Origin: Candidatus Hadarchaeota archaeon
GTDB lineage: Archaea > Hadarchaeota > Hadarchaeia > Hadarchaeales > JAGGTB01
Assembly: GCA_964384105.1 (NCBI GenBank)
Contig: CAYLJV010000003.1
Coordinates: 1-64,000 of the forward strand
Length of the DNA: 64,000 nucleotides
Direction of reading: 5' to 3'
Part shown: positions 1 through 8,965 of the stretch, piece by piece
Position numbering within the stretch: position 1 is the stretch's first letter
Layout of the letters: every line of letters starts with the position of its first letter
Translations under genes and position numbers: made by a program
Notes under the pieces: model-generated
Databases searched by the model: none
What the model saw: only the letters and a program-made list of their open reading frames with translations
Told to the model about the DNA's origin: nothing

Positions 1-80
1 ACCCTGGGCGAAACTAGAGACGAGAATCTCCATCAAGATTTACGCAACACAGCAGTTAGAAGGCAAATTTGATATTTTCG

Positions 81-1010
81 TTATTCTAAGTCTAAAGGTT
101 TGTCCGTTATTCTACTTAGCCTGTTTTTTATTTTGTCCACATAGCCGTTAAGTTTAAGCTCCCACTGAAGGGAATAGGGTAATTCATAGTATATTGTGGA
201 GATTATCTCATTTAATTTACTTTTGTACTCTTTTTCATGATAATCTTTGAGAATATATCCCTTTACATTCCATTTTTTTGCTAAGTATTTTCTACTTTCT
301 TTTAGTTTTCTCAAACTTCTGCGATGTGAACTATATTCACGGAGGATACCTGGTCCGGGGTCATGTTCTATTTCAAAGTCTGGGGTGACTGCGAATTTCC
401 AATTTGAGTTGAACTTGTGCGAAATGTAGAAATCAGCATGTTCACAACCAATGACATAGTTCTCGTCCCAGTTTACTTCCCTTAAGCAAGCTGTTTTAAA
501 TAGAGTACTATTTGGGATATAGTCATATTCGAAGTATCTAATACCATTAGCCGCTTTCGGCTTCTTGTCATCGAAAACACCGAAAACGAACCAGTCTTTA
601 TCTTTTTTTATATCGCGAGCTTGGGCGAATTTCCTGCCTTTTTGTACCCAGAAAGGAGAAATTCCACCGATTTTATCGTCTTTTTCAAGAATTTTTTTAA
701 TGTCTAGAATATTCTCAGGTAAATAGTGGTCGTCGTCTATTATGAATGTGTATTTGGTTTCTACTCTGTTTAAGATTTTATTTCTACCATGGGATAATCC
801 AGCATCTGGTTTGAGTTTTATTACTTCTAAATTCAAAACATCGAGGAATTTTTCCCAAACCATTTTGTTTATTGCCTTTTCTGGACTGTCGTCTGCTATT
901 AGTACCTTTTTCGGCTTCTTTTCTAATTTTTCTATGTGTCGAAGGCATTTCTCAAGCTTTTTTGGTCTCAAAAAGGTTTTCAAACCAATGCTAATTTCAT
1001 TTTCAATCAT
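81..1010 (-). CDS. Glycosyltransferase family 2
   Basis: N-terminal GT-A motifs: IADDS, GLSHGRN, FIIDDD (DxD), EHADF; lies in a glycosylation cluster. Confidence 0.85.
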   Translation of the reverse strand: MIENEISIGLKTFLRPKKLEKCLRHIEKLEKKPKKVLIADDSPEKAINKMVWEKFLDVLNLEVIKLKPDAGLSHGRNKILNRVETKYTFIIDDDHYLPENILDIKKILEKDDKIGGISPFWVQKGRKFAQARDIKKDKDWFVFGVFDDKKPKAANGIRYFEYDYIPNSTLFKTACLREVNWDENYVIGCEHADFYISHKFNSNWKFAVTPDFEIEHDPGPGILREYSSHRRSLRKLKESRKYLAKKWNVKGYILKDYHEKEYKSKLNEIISTIYYELPYSLQWELKLNGYVDKIKNRLSRITDKPLDLE

Positions 1011-1809
1011 TTTTATTAACCAACCAGGGTATTTCTATTAAGTATTTGCAGTAGAGTAGCGGGATATGTCCATACAATCCAAATTCTCCGAATAGCTCTC
1101 CGTGATCGGAAGTAATCACCGTTTTTCCGTTCAGCTTTTTGACTAAATCAGTTACATGTTCTAGGACTAACTTTAGATTATTTCTGTAACTTTTTTTTAT
1201 GTCTTCTAAACTGAACTTTTTTCTCAGAATTGCTTTCCATGAAGGTGAATTCAGTATTTTATTATCCTCTGAATCGAATTTTAGCTTTCCTTTGCCGATG
1301 AATGGATGATGTGGTTGGAGGTAGTGTATGATAAATTTTTTTTCTGGGTATTTTCCTATCAGTTCTATAGCGGACTTGTTCACTGTTCGTGGATGGACCG
1401 TTTTCAGTTTTTCATCCCATCCCCAGTCCCAAACGTTCTCAAGATGGTAAAATGGGTTATCGAAATTGGTCCACTGCCTGAACTTGTAACTGGAGGCTTG
1501 AGGGTTTCCAGAAATATACACAATATCATCTAGCTTCTGATTAAAGTTATTTTTCAACCATTCGACCGTGTGAGTTCCCAAGGAATATTTCTTCTCCAAC
1601 TTTCCAGAAATAGTATTAATTTCTTTGAAAGTATCGTATCTACATGCGTCCAATACTAGTAGAAAATCCCAATTTTCCTCAGTCACTTTAACTTGTTTAT
1701 GTCTCCATTTATTTGAGTAGAGAAACGGTCTCAAAAAGAGTGTTCTCGGAGTTTCCTGACCTTTTTCGAATCTCTTGCCTAGATGATTTAACATCTTGAA
1801 AATCTCCAT
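1003..1809 (-). CDS. Alkaline phosphatase/sulfatase superfamily protein, probably glycan-modifying
   Basis: LVLDACRYD, HYLQPHHPF and ITSDHGELFGEFGLYGH metal-binding motifs. Confidence 0.75.
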   Translation of the reverse strand: MEIFKMLNHLGKRFEKGQETPRTLFLRPFLYSNKWRHKQVKVTEENWDFLLVLDACRYDTFKEINTISGKLEKKYSLGTHTVEWLKNNFNQKLDDIVYISGNPQASSYKFRQWTNFDNPFYHLENVWDWGWDEKLKTVHPRTVNKSAIELIGKYPEKKFIIHYLQPHHPFIGKGKLKFDSEDNKILNSPSWKAILRKKFSLEDIKKSYRNNLKLVLEHVTDLVKKLNGKTVITSDHGELFGEFGLYGHIPLLYCKYLIEIPWLVNKND

Positions 1810-1857
1810 CTAGATCTACCAACTCCTTATTTGCATTTTCACAAAATAAGGCTTTAA

Positions 1858-2985
1858 TTAGATCGGCTCGTGGGTCTGAGCGATCTTAGCGTATAACGAA
1901 GTGTATTTTTCAACAACGACGTTCCATTGGTACTTATCTTTAACTCGATTTCTAGAATTTTTGCTCATTTTCTTTATAAGTTCATCGGAGAAGATTAGCT
2001 TTCGTAAATTTTTTCTTAATTCACTTATTTCATCTGGTTTTAGCTTGAATCCGGAATCCCCTATTAACTCTGGACATCCGGAAACGTTGGACGTAATAAT
2101 CGCCATTCCTGCACTCATAGCCTCAAGAAGCACTGTGGGGAAATTTTCCATTGTGGAGGGAAAGACGAATATTTTAGATTTTTCGTAGAGGTCCTTCAGT
2201 TCCTCTTCGGAAACCCATCCGTGGAATTTTACTCTATGGTCATCCCCTGCTATTTCCTCTAGCTCTTTTTTGTACGGGCCCTCTCCCACTATTGAGGCTC
2301 TATAACCGTTAAGATCCATATCTCGAATAGCCCGAAGGAAGTACTGAAAACCCTTCCTCTTTAGAAGCCTACTGACAAGGAGTATTCTGTCCTCTTTTTC
2401 TGCTGGGGTGTACTTTTCAATATCGAAACCGTTGGGAATCACTTTTATCTTATTTTTTTCTATGTCAACATTTTCTGTTAGTAGTCCCTTAAGGTAGTTT
2501 GAGGGAGACACTATCCTAGATGCATTTTTTCCGACAGTCCGAATCATTGGTTTTGTGAATTTGTGCCAGATCTTGAATCGGTCTGGATTGTATCCCGGAA
2601 TGTCCGACCCATGGATTGTAACGATATACGGTAGACCAGTTATTTTTTTCAATAAATGGGAGATTAAACCCGTCGGGATTAAAAAATGAGTGTGATTTAT
2701 ATCGTAATTTTTTTCTTTTGTCAACTCAGTAGCGAAATTTAGACCCGATATTAAATAGCTCAACATCTCGTAAGGATGGCAGACTTCTATTTTTGACCTG
2801 AATGATGGTATCCTGTATACTGTAACTCCATTTTCAACTGTTTTACCCTTCTTCTCTTTATATGACATAGTTATGACATCTATCTCGTGTCCTTTTTCAA
2901 CTAGTTTTTCAGAGAGATCTCTAGAAACTTTAGAAGCGCCACCCCCTAGAGGGGGATATTCATAGTTTAGCATCAATATCTTCAT
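1858..2985 (-). CDS. Glycosyltransferase family 4 (GT-B)
   Basis: MKILMLNYEYPPLGGGA start; ENFPTVLLEAMSAG (Ex7E) motif. Confidence 0.92.
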   Translation of the reverse strand: MKILMLNYEYPPLGGGASKVSRDLSEKLVEKGHEIDVITMSYKEKKGKTVENGVTVYRIPSFRSKIEVCHPYEMLSYLISGLNFATELTKEKNYDINHTHFLIPTGLISHLLKKITGLPYIVTIHGSDIPGYNPDRFKIWHKFTKPMIRTVGKNASRIVSPSNYLKGLLTENVDIEKNKIKVIPNGFDIEKYTPAEKEDRILLVSRLLKRKGFQYFLRAIRDMDLNGYRASIVGEGPYKKELEEIAGDDHRVKFHGWVSEEELKDLYEKSKIFVFPSTMENFPTVLLEAMSAGMAIITSNVSGCPELIGDSGFKLKPDEISELRKNLRKLIFSDELIKKMSKNSRNRVKDKYQWNVVVEKYTSLYAKIAQTHEPI

Positions 2986-3047
2986 TTTTGGTCCCTTCTG
3001 GAACAGATTTCCATTTTTTAACTTTTGAGAAGGTTAAAATTTAGAAT

Positions 3048-3986
3048 CTAATTTTGACTTCTCTCTTCGAGCCACCTAATGTATTTACGAACGCCCTCTT
3101 TTGGACTTATCTTTTGCACCCAACCTTCTCCCCTAATTTTGGAAATATCCAGCATCATCACAGGAACATCTCCTTCCCACCCTCTTTCGCCTCCTGTGTA
3201 CTTGTACTCGAACCCGTTTAGCCCCATCGCATTCACGGCTCCGTTCGCAATTTCATTCACTGTCATCTGTGACTCAGAACCGATGTTGAAAACGTCCAAA
3301 TTATTTTTGGAGTTCTCCCAAGCCGTAAGAGTGGCATCCACGCAGTCATCAATATATAAATAAGATTTCTTCTGTTTCCCGTCCCCTAAAATTTCTAACT
3401 TTTCAGAGTTTTCTCTCAGCTTATGATAAAAATCGTACATTACCCCGTGATCGGATCTTGGTCCGAATATGTTAGCATAACGTACCACTATACCCTTGAT
3501 ATCATAGAGGTGAGCGTAGGACTCAAGTAGGGATTCACCGGCCGCTTTTGTGGACCCGTACAATGAAATGGGTGAAATGGGATGATCTTCAGGAGTGGGA
3601 ATCTCTCTGGCTACACCGTAGACTGTGGAGCTCGACGCGAAGACCAGCTCTTCTACCTCGTTTTTCCTGCATGTCTCTAGGACGTTGAAAGTGGCTAGAA
3701 CGTTGTCTCCATATATTCTTCGTGGGTTCTCGTTGCCTCCCTTGACGTCTGGATAGGCTGCGAAGTGGAATACAGTCTCAGAATCCTTGAAAAGGTCATC
3801 TTTTTCCTTTTTCAGATCCCATTCTAGAAATTCGATTTCGTTATGTTCTAAATGTTTTTTTATGTGATCAAGCGAGGAGGTTGAAAGGTTGTCAACTACG
3901 GTAACTTTGTGCCCATCTTCCACTAACCTATCCACCAAATGGCTCCCGATAAATCCAGCCCCACCGGTAATCAAGACGTTTCGCAT
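3048..3986 (-). CDS. NAD-dependent epimerase/dehydratase (UDP-glucose 4-epimerase-like)
   Basis: TGGAGFIG Rossmann motif; SSSTVYG; YGSTK (YxxxK). Confidence 0.92.
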   Translation of the reverse strand: MRNVLITGGAGFIGSHLVDRLVEDGHKVTVVDNLSTSSLDHIKKHLEHNEIEFLEWDLKKEKDDLFKDSETVFHFAAYPDVKGGNENPRRIYGDNVLATFNVLETCRKNEVEELVFASSSTVYGVAREIPTPEDHPISPISLYGSTKAAGESLLESYAHLYDIKGIVVRYANIFGPRSDHGVMYDFYHKLRENSEKLEILGDGKQKKSYLYIDDCVDATLTAWENSKNNLDVFNIGSESQMTVNEIANGAVNAMGLNGFEYKYTGGERGWEGDVPVMMLDISKIRGEGWVQKISPKEGVRKYIRWLEERSQN

Positions 3987-4295
3987 AGACTCACCATCCT
4001 TTGTTTTTCCCCTTTTGTATTAATCATATGGAAAGGATTAGAAATAATTCACAGAGGGAATATTCTTTCCTCCAACAGCCCCTCTTTTCATTATTCAGCT
4101 GGAGAGCAGTTCAGTTTCGTTTCATACCCATTACAAAAGTTACATCTGAATGGCCCTCAAATAGAAAAGCTTTGTCGATCTGTATTCTGTAAATGGGCAC
4201 CCAATTCTGCTTTGATTCCGTAGGAAAGATTTTCGGGGTCTTCAAAAGTATGACGGTCCAGGGAATTTGTTTGTTCTTTTCTATAATTGGTCTCT

Positions 4296-4352
4296 TTATG
4301 TGATATGTTTGACATAAGGGTTAATAGTCTTATGTAACACGTGTTACATAAG
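4296..4352. promoter_or_regulatory. Two TTATGT-N10-ACATAA palindromes flanking a TATA-like box
   Basis: Degenerate copy at 4296-4317; perfect 24-bp palindrome CTTATGTAACACGTGTTACATAAG at 4329-4352; TTAATA at 4321-4326 between them. Confidence 0.65.
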
Positions 4353-4354
4353 GT

Positions 4355-4621
4355 GTGGTTATGAAAGTATTGTTCGCTTGGGATATAGACTCTTCGAGCT
4401 CCTCCGCTGAAAAGACCCGTTTTTATAGAAAGATTTACGGCTACTCTCAGGAGAGGAACGGGAAGAAGTACAGTTACGAGGGGCTGGTGGATCCTTCCGA
4501 ACGGTTGACCGATTCGGTCGTAGAGGTTCCCAAAGGAAAGGCGGAGGACGTGGCGAAGCTGTTGTCCGATAACGAGGGGATCTTCAACAGGTGGGTTCGG
4601 CGAAAAGTCGTGGAAAAATAA
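4355..4621 (+). CDS. Small hypothetical protein, possibly Cas2/VapD-like ferredoxin fold
   Basis: 88-aa ORF; hydrophobic strand ending in WDI, then RFYRKIYGY...YSYEGL; start may be the ATG at 4361. Confidence 0.55.
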   Translation: MVMKVLFAWDIDSSSSSAEKTRFYRKIYGYSQERNGKKYSYEGLVDPSERLTDSVVEVPKGKAEDVAKLLSDNEGIFNRWVRRKVVEK

Positions 4622-4643
4622 TTATGTAATACGTATTACATAA
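4622..4643. repeat. Perfect 22-bp palindrome TTATGTAATACGTATTACATAA, third copy of the motif
   Basis: Read directly; starts at the base after the stop codon at 4621. Confidence 0.85.
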
Positions 4644-4920
4644 AGACGGTTGCCCTCACCCGAAAATCACAATTTTCAAAAAAAACCCAACTCACCAATA
4701 AAATGACAAGAATTCAGAAAGAAAGATTTTCAGAAAGTTTAAAGGACGTATTCTATCGAAAGCTCGATGTAGCTCTTTAATAGACGTAGCGATACGTCGA
4801 ATTTATTGTAAAATCATTTCCGGTTAACTGGTATAGGTACATCGGTAAGTGGGGGAATTGGAGAATTTTTGAATTATCTGAAAAAAGTATAGATATGCTC
4901 TCAACGACCTCGATATTTTC

Positions 4921-5073
4921 TCATCCGGTGAGCGTTGCTTGAACTCCATCTCTACCACCTTTGGAAGAAATAAGCTTCTCGCCACATCTGTTGCAAAAGT
5001 TAGCATCGGAGGAATTACTCTCTCCGCAGGAGCACTCTATCGACCTGTTTCCCCTATGTTTCGATAATAGCAA
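4921..5073 (-). pseudogene. Zinc-ribbon fragment or small ORF
   Basis: Hand translation IECSCGESNSSDANFCNRCGEKL; about 50 codons from a TTG; no clear RBS. Confidence 0.45.
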
Positions 5074-5258
5074 TCGGTTACTTTTAAAGAGTTTTTAAGT
5101 ACTCCCTCCAAATTATGCGGAACTATGCGTCTAGAAAAATGTGTGTTTGTCTTTTATCGAACAAATTGTTTAGATATTTTTAACCGCCAGATCAAACATT
5201 GCGATACTAGAGACCTAATAAATTTGTCGGAGGGACAACAATTTTAAATATTGTAAAT

Positions 5259-5474
5259 ATGTTAAATCATTACATGTCGCAAGGGAAAAACAAACGAATC
5301 CCCGTGTCTGAGAACATTTGGAAGAAACTCGGCGAACTTAAGGGGGCTGGTGAAACTTACGATGAAGTGATAGAGAAAATGATCAGGGAGCACAATAGAA
5401 TGGAACTCATAAGAAAAATGAAGAAAACTGAAGAAATGGATAGAGAGGAGCTAGTACCCCTTGACGAAGTATGA
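5259..5474 (+). CDS. Antitoxin (RHH-like DNA-binding protein) of a RelBE-type pair
   Basis: KRIPVSENIWKKLGELKGAGETYDEVI; overlaps the RelE-like gene; probable leaderless start at ATG 5274, with TTTAAATA box at 5243-5250. Confidence 0.75.
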   Translation: MLNHYMSQGKNKRIPVSENIWKKLGELKGAGETYDEVIEKMIREHNRMELIRKMKKTEEMDREELVPLDEV

Positions 5475-5751
5475 AGTTTTAGTTTCCCCTGATATCAACG
5501 AATTTCTCCAAGCCCAGAACGAGAAAACTCGCAGAATAGTTAAAGAGAACATCCAGAAACTGGAGAAAAACCCGTATCCTGGGAGAGGCCAAGGGGATAA
5601 AGAAAGATTGCCCATTGAAGGAGAAAAAAGATTCAGGATGCATATAGGTAGAACCTGGACTGTCTTCTACTCGATCTTAGAAGATGAGAAAGAAGTCCGT
5701 ATCTCGGAAATTCTTCCCATAGAAGAAGCGCATAAGAAGTATGGATTCTAA
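5461..5751 (+). CDS. RelE/ParE-family toxin
   Basis: 96 aa; YEVLVS...KLEKNPYPG...FRMHIGRTWTVFYSI pattern. Confidence 0.8.
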   Translation: MTKYEVLVSPDINEFLQAQNEKTRRIVKENIQKLEKNPYPGRGQGDKERLPIEGEKRFRMHIGRTWTVFYSILEDEKEVRISEILPIEEAHKKYGF

Positions 5752-5919
5752 TAAAGAGAAGAGTTTCCCCCAATCAAAATGGGAGGAGAAATCAACAATC
5801 ATCAATCAAAAATGGTTTCTATCTAGCGGTATTCGAGTACGTTAAATGACGGGTTTCCCTTGCCATCACTTCTGTATCGATCACCACTCGATCTAAAAGC
5901 TCCTCGTTCAATCTTTTAA

Positions 5920-7157
5920 CTTTTTTGTTCCGAGAAGTCTCCTTCCTAATCTCTGATTAGGTGGGTGATGAATCGGGTGTTTTTTACTTTCACCTCCCTC
6001 CCCGAAAAAGTATAGGGGGTGAGGGATGTTTTTTTGGAGTGATGAGGGTTGAAAAGACTATTGTTTGCAGGATCTGGAGGCTTACGGATAGGAAGAGGGG
6101 ATTGCTCATCAAGGAATATTCGAACGCTCAGGGGTATATTCGGAACGGAACTGAAGACCTCTACTCGGCAACTAAGCAGGCGATGGACAGATATGTAGAG
6201 AAGGTCCAGAATGAGGAGTATCCCCTGTTTCTCAGAAACGACACTTTCAAGGTAGAGAAAGCCGAAAAGTCGGAAGAGTTTGATTACTGGGCTAGAATTC
6301 CGATTTCTAACGTTTGGGGTGGTGTTTGGGTTCCGATAAAACCGCATCAGGAAATACCTGAAGATATGAATATTCACGATTCTAAGATTGTTTGGGAGGA
6401 GTATGGTTTCGAGCTTCACTTATCAGTCTCGTTTGAAGTATCATTTCAAACTCCCGAATCAATCCTGTCCGTGGATTTGGGTGAAAGGGTGATGGGGACA
6501 ACCGTGTTGTCCGCCGATAACGGGAGTCCAAGATTCTACGGTAGAGAGGTTCGGGGAATAAGAAGGCATTACGCTTGGCTTCGTAAGAGATTGCAGGAGA
6601 AAGGTTTGAACGAGAGAGTGGGAAGAATGTCCGACAAAGAGAGAAGAAGAGTAGAAGGCATTCTACATAAAATTTCGAGGAAGATAGTCGGTAGGGCCGA
6701 AGAAAACGACTCTTTGATTCTCCTCGGCGATTTGAAGGGGATGGGCAACAAGGATACGGGGAAGGGAAAGCGAATGAACCGGATAGCGAACTCCATGCCT
6801 TATTGGAAGCTGACGAGGATGATCGAATATAAGGCCAGAGAGAAAGGATTACGAGTAGTAAAGGTGAGCGAGAGGAACACTTCCAAAACTTGTCATAAGT
6901 GTGGGAGTGAGAATACTTCAAGACCCACTCAAGGGAGATTCGATTGCAAAACCTGTGAGTTGAAAAATTACAACGCTGACCTGAACGGAGCCAGAAACAT
7001 TCTACAGAGGTTTCTCGCCTACATGGTGAGGAGCGGGGCCTCCGTGAACAGGCCCATAACCGAGGCGTATAGTGAAAAACACAAAATAGAGAACCTGGAA
7101 AAAGTCCTTGGAAGCTCCCTTCTAACGAGGGCAACGAGTTAGGTGGGTGTAGTTCAC
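5920..7157 (+). mobile_element. IS200/IS605-family element carrying tnpB only (IS1341-like, no tnpA)
   Basis: Matching subterminal hairpins at 5939-5967 and 7115-7149, both ending TTAGGTGGGTG; right end TTCAC at 7153-7157; TTTAA at 5915-5919 just outside the left end. Confidence 0.8.
6042..7142 (+). CDS. tnpB: TnpB RNA-guided endonuclease, about 366 aa
   Basis: RuvC-I VDLG; RuvC-II region LLGDL with alternative Glu in SERNTS; zinc finger CHKC...CKTC; RuvC-III NADLNGARNI; ORF track starts at 5961 but ATG 6042 is more likely. Confidence 0.92.
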   Translation: MRVEKTIVCRIWRLTDRKRGLLIKEYSNAQGYIRNGTEDLYSATKQAMDRYVEKVQNEEYPLFLRNDTFKVEKAEKSEEFDYWARIPISNVWGGVWVPIKPHQEIPEDMNIHDSKIVWEEYGFELHLSVSFEVSFQTPESILSVDLGERVMGTTVLSADNGSPRFYGREVRGIRRHYAWLRKRLQEKGLNERVGRMSDKERRRVEGILHKISRKIVGRAEENDSLILLGDLKGMGNKDTGKGKRMNRIANSMPYWKLTRMIEYKAREKGLRVVKVSERNTSKTCHKCGSENTSRPTQGRFDCKTCELKNYNADLNGARNILQRFLAYMVRSGASVNRPITEAYSEKHKIENLEKVLGSSLLTRATS

Positions 7158-7177
7158 CTTTACTACTGGACTCTTTG
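7010..7177 (+). ncRNA. Predicted omegaRNA/reRNA of the TnpB element, with flank-derived guide at about 7158-7177
   Basis: Known TnpB architecture: scaffold overlaps the tnpB 3' end and right-end hairpin; GGGCC...GGCCC stem near 7036-7055; 5' boundary is a guess. Confidence 0.55.
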
Positions 7178-7194
7178 CTGAAACCCAACCTTTA

Positions 7195-7220
7195 TTACAT
7201 TTAGTTACATATTGTTACAT
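7195..7220 (+). promoter_or_regulatory. Three TTACAT direct repeats at 10-bp period, putative operator
   Basis: TTACAT at 7195, 7205 and 7215, immediately before ATG 7224 of an HTH gene. Confidence 0.55.
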
Positions 7221-7562
7221 AACATGCCTGTGAGCATCGACCGTTTCGAAAAATCTCCGGAAGAAGCACTCGAAATAGAGGAAGGAACGAACGCCGAAAA
7301 AACTCTAAACTTCCTCCTAAAAAACTCCGGCAAAGCTTTCACACGGAAAGAGATAATGAAAGCGACCGGCATTAAAAACGGGAGCATAGGAGTTACACTC
7401 TCCAGACTGGAAGAAAAAGGTTTAGTAAGGCACAAAGGAAACTACTGGGCTTTACCCGTGGATGACAAAATCGCGACCTTGGCGTCCGAAGTTTACGGAA
7501 CGAAAACTGCAAACGAGAAACTCGGGGAAGAAGCCGAAAAAGAATGGCTTAGTCGAGAGTGA
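7212..7562 (+). CDS. Winged-helix HTH protein, putative antitoxin
   Basis: AFTRKEIMKATGIKNGSIGVTLSRLEEKGLVRHKGNYW; overlaps a PemK-like gene; likely start 7224. Confidence 0.8.
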   Translation: MLHNMPVSIDRFEKSPEEALEIEEGTNAEKTLNFLLKNSGKAFTRKEIMKATGIKNGSIGVTLSRLEEKGLVRHKGNYWALPVDDKIATLASEVYGTKTANEKLGEEAEKEWLSRE

Positions 7563-7906
7563 TAAGTTTGCCTTACAGCCGCGGTGACGTAGTCTGGGGT
7601 CCGGAACCTTTCAAATCCATTGTCAAACCCAGACCGTGGGTAATCTTGAGTAATGAAAACCATCCCTTTCACGGTGAGGAGTATTTGGCTGCGACGCTAA
7701 CTACTACAGAAAGGCAAGAGGCAATTGAAATAAAAGAGGAACACTGGATCGAGGGCGGCGCTCCCAGAAAGAGCTATGTTGCTCCGTGGGTCGTAATCAC
7801 TCTCAAACACGAAGACATACGGGAGAAAATAGGAAAGTTGAAACCTAACCTTCTTGAAAAGGTAATCAAAGATTTAAAATCATATATATCCTCAACAAAC
7901 GACTAA
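7559..7906 (+). CDS. PemK/MazF-like toxin
   Basis: YSRGDVVWGPEPFK...KPRPWVILSN...LTT signature. Confidence 0.8.
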   Translation: MISLPYSRGDVVWGPEPFKSIVKPRPWVILSNENHPFHGEEYLAATLTTTERQEAIEIKEEHWIEGGAPRKSYVAPWVVITLKHEDIREKIGKLKPNLLEKVIKDLKSYISSTND

Positions 7907-8123
7907 AATTCATTTCGTCAATAAACTTCTAAAAATTGTGATTTCCAGGGTTTCGTTTTTGTCGACCTTCAATTTTCCAATCGTTCTAGAAGGCAAAGAT
8001 AAGGAAAAAGAGTAGGCTCGGGAAAAGGCGCCTGGATCTGGTGGTCGACAGAATAATTACGGCGTGGGAAATCGAAGTGAATCAATAAAAAAGGTTTTTA
8101 TTCTTTTGAAGAGCTATTTTTAA

Positions 8124-8342
8124 ATGGGGTTTGAAATGTCCGAGATAAGAATTAAGGTGCCGTCCGGAATTCCTGAAAAAATTGCCAAGTTTGAACTGGA
8201 GAGGGAACTGTCCCGGAAAAAAAGGAAGATGAAGTCGATAGAATCCTCGATAGAGAAGCTCGACCTGTCTGAAGAAGACGTGAAAAAGTTCAAAGAAGCC
8301 AGAGGAAAAGCATGGGAATCACGGAAGAAAAAATTGTTGTAG
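8124..8342 (+). CDS. Putative antitoxin (VapB-like)
   Basis: 72-aa charged protein overlapping the start of a PIN fragment. Confidence 0.55.
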   Translation: MGFEMSEIRIKVPSGIPEKIAKFELERELSRKKRKMKSIESSIEKLDLSEEDVKKFKEARGKAWESRKKKLL

Positions 8343-8467
8343 ATACGAATGTCCTTATCTCTAGTCTGATAAATCCCGAATTTATTGTCTGGAAAATTAT
8401 CGGGCTGGAAGATACAGATTTTTTTAGTGCCGGAAATCGAAATAAACCAAAGTTAAATAGAATTTGA
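8312..8467 (+). pseudogene. Truncated PIN/VapC toxin
   Basis: Hand translation MGITEEKIVVDTNVLISSLINP; ends after about 51 aa, with an apparent frameshift at a T7 run. Confidence 0.7.
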
Positions 8468-8530
8468 GATGGATATGATTAATGGGAACTGTGAGAAAGA
8501 TGATTTGGTGTATGTTGGAGGGTTTCTATC

Positions 8531-8965
8531 GTGAGGTTTGTTAAAACTTTGAAGAGTAGGGATAAGGAGATTGATGACTTGGGGGATTTTGTAGAGTGTC
8601 TTAGAAGCTATTCTGTGAAGCTAGCATATTTATTTGGTTCTCACTCTCATGGCAAAGTGACAGAATTTTCCGATGTTGACATTGCAGTCCTTTTTGAAGA
8701 AGGTATGGACAAGCAAATGGGAAAACTGAGGACTGAGTTGATGGAGCTATTGGGAGAGGAGGCGATAGACTTGATCGACCTGGAAAAAGCTCCCCCAAGG
8801 CTCAAATACCATATCGTCAAGGAAGGGAGAATCTTGATCGGAGAGAGTGATTCTACCGAATTTGAAGTCAAGACAATGCAGGAGTATTTTGACTTTAAAC
8901 CCCTTGAAGAAAAATACTTTGACGAAATGAAGGAGAGAATAGAGAGTGGTACATTTGGCAGATGA
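8531..8965 (+). CDS. mntA: MNT minimal nucleotidyltransferase antitoxin (MntA-like)
   Basis: LAYLFGSHSHG...SDVDIAV (GSx10DxD); coupled to a HEPN gene. Confidence 0.88.
   Translation: MRFVKTLKSRDKEIDDLGDFVECLRSYSVKLAYLFGSHSHGKVTEFSDVDIAVLFEEGMDKQMGKLRTELMELLGEEAIDLIDLEKAPPRLKYHIVKEGRILIGESDSTEFEVKTMQEYFDFKPLEEKYFDEMKERIESGTFGR

Noticed and set aside
5946-7188. Minus-strand ORFs 5946-6419 and 6382-7188 as TnpA or accessory genes
   Set aside because: No HUH/Y1 or serine recombinase motifs; antisense shadows of tnpB
4296-7200. CRISPR-Cas12f locus (Cas2-like gene, palindromic repeats and TnpB)
   Set aside because: Repeats are not regularly spaced with spacers, no cas1 is present, and the TnpB has clear IS ends
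4657-7951. Short inverted similarity (GAAAATCACAATTTT near 4662 versus AAAAATTGTGATTTCC near 7931) as terminal inverted repeats of a larger element
   Set aside because: Only about 15-20 bp, AT-rich, does not extend, and no target duplication was seen
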